Assembly (NCBI RefSeq): GCF_006345805.1
Contig: NC_043008.1
Span: forward strand, 57,412,001 to 57,476,000
Reading direction: 5' to 3'
Source: Octopus sinensis
Lineage: Eukaryota
DNA: 64,000 bases
Of this stretch, positions 62,370 through 64,000 are shown piece after piece (position 1 is the first letter of the stretch; each line of letters opens with the position of its first letter). The notes beneath the pieces are model-generated. The model searched no databases. It was given only the letters and a program-made list of their open reading frames with translations, and was not told where the DNA came from. The position numbers and the translations under genes were made by a program.

Positions 62370-63605
62370 CAGAATTTTTCATATAACTTTCTTTTATAAG
62401 CCACACAGGGCTGAATACAGAGGGGACAAATACAAATGTAGAGCTTTTCTTTTAGAGGGTTGAAAAAAAGGAAAGCAAATGTAAGATTTTGATCAAAAGG
62501 GGGTCGAGAGGAGGTGGGGGGAAATCCTGTATCACAGAAACACTTCTTTTAAAAAAACATTGATAAAAGAGGATTGGGTTCATCCGTGGGGAGAAAATCC
62601 TACAGAAAAGACCACGGGACCTCAGTCAGGGAGGAAATAATCACACGAGAGTAAAATGCTCTCTCTCTCTCTTTTTTACGATTTACAGGGTCATGCTCAA
62701 AATGGTTTCGTCACTCGCACGCACCATCTTTGCAACATTCACCCATCTCTTTTTTAATCTTTCGCGAGACAAAACATCCCTCCCCATTCTCACCTTCCTT
62801 TTCAAGTGGTACTTGAAAAAGTTGATGAGCGATTGGCCAGATAGGTAAGTGTTTGTCTCTAATCCTTTGGCTTGGGTCTACCACACACATTCTTTCACCA
62901 TGGCCACCAGTACGGTGAAAACTGCTTTGCCTTCCCGGTTGAAGGAAGGGGGTGGAGCAATTTTCACGATAGACTCGGCCGATAGGTGAACTCGTCCCAC
63001 ACGTGACAGCAGCCGTTCGGCATAAGCCCACAGGTCTGAAATGGTTGGACATTGCACGAGTGCGTGCAGAACGGTTTCTTCGCTCTGACCGCATCTCGGG
63101 CAAGTCAGTCCAGTGTGTCTGGAACCGTATCTGTAGAGCTTATCCCGAACAGGTAATGCTTCTCGATAGCACTGCCAGGCCAGGGATCTTTGGTCATTGT
63201 TCATAGGTCCCGGCCTGAAAGTTGTCCTGAACTTTCCTCGTCGACGCCCAGACTCTGCCCGAGATCGTCATCGCACCTCCCCTTCACTAATCCTCTATAG
63301 AACGCCTTTGTTGTGATGGAGTCGCACAAGTTTGATCCCGGACGGCAGAGTTGCTTGAGAGCAACGTGACACTCGCGGTGCCATTCACCTAGCCTCGGTC
63401 TCTGCTTGATCCATGACAGTAGTTCGGCCAAGGAGATGAGCTGCAGGAAAGCGCGCCGCACAAAAGGCGACCACACCCGATCACCGTCGTCTATGAAGCG
63501 CCGGAGATGTTGCAGTCTCAGTGCATGTCTGCGCATCATCAACCACGGCATGCCCAGCCCTCCATTTAGCGGGTGTTGACAGCAAATTGATCGCCCCAGT
63601 TCTTC
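62370..63605 (-). mobile_element. L1/Tx1-clade LINE 3' portion (zf-RVT)
   Basis: GGLGMPWL.MRRHALRL, SLAWQCYREALPVRDKL...CPRCGQSEETVLHALVQCP. Confidence 0.85.
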
Positions 63606-63633
63606 TCCATTTGGAGGTCCAGGCTGAACCAGA

Positions 63634-64000
63634 CTCTTTTACTTGTTTGTCAGTTGACTGTGGCCATGCTGGAGCACCGCCTTTAGTCGAGCAAATCGAC
63701 CCCGGGACTTATTCTTTGTAAGCCCAGTATTTATTCTATCGGTCTCTTTTGCCAAACTGCTAAGTGACGGGGGACATAAACACACCATCGGTTGTCAAGC
63801 GATGCTAGGGGGAACAAACACAGACACACAAACATGCACACACACACACACATACACATATATATACACACGACAGGCTTCTTTCAGTTTCCGTCTACCA
63901 AATCCACTCACAAGGCTTTGGTCGGCCTGAGGCTATAGTAGAAGACACTTGCCCAAGATGCCAGGCAGTGGGACTGAACCTGGAACCATGTGGTTGGTAA
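63634..64000 (-). mobile_element. SINE family B (runs off window end)
   Basis: Same tail and body as 37725-38105. Confidence 0.8.

Overview
AT-rich, repeat-dense eukaryotic genomic DNA. The SINE and LINE families point to an octopus (inference). Two spliced genes lie on the + strand. The first is the last five coding exons of RGP1 (Rab6-GEF subunit, 113-5203). The second is a complete 10-coding-exon DNA polymerase eta gene, POLH (21928-45898); my splice gives 2517 nt, 838 aa, with all intron phases compatible and UBZ and PIP motifs at the C-terminus. The rest is mostly transposable elements: tRNA-derived SINEs, RTE/BovB/CR1/Tx1 LINE relics, Gypsy-type relics, a tandem Helitron trimer, Merlin-, hAT-, piggyBac- and Tc1-type MITEs, a Sola-like transposase relic, two minisatellites and a ~10 kb 85-bp satellite array. 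Most notable: (1) two different tRNA-Trp-primed LTR elements inserted at the identical base and orientation of the 85-bp satellite unit; (2) a 28S rRNA-SINE chimeric retrocopy with a perfect 20-bp TSD; (3) an 18S rRNA fragment that replaces part of a SINE; (4) self-inserting SINE multimers; (5) Penelope-type minimal hammerhead-like motifs; (6) a shortened, Trp-less finger loop in Pol eta. All calls were made by eye, without database searches.
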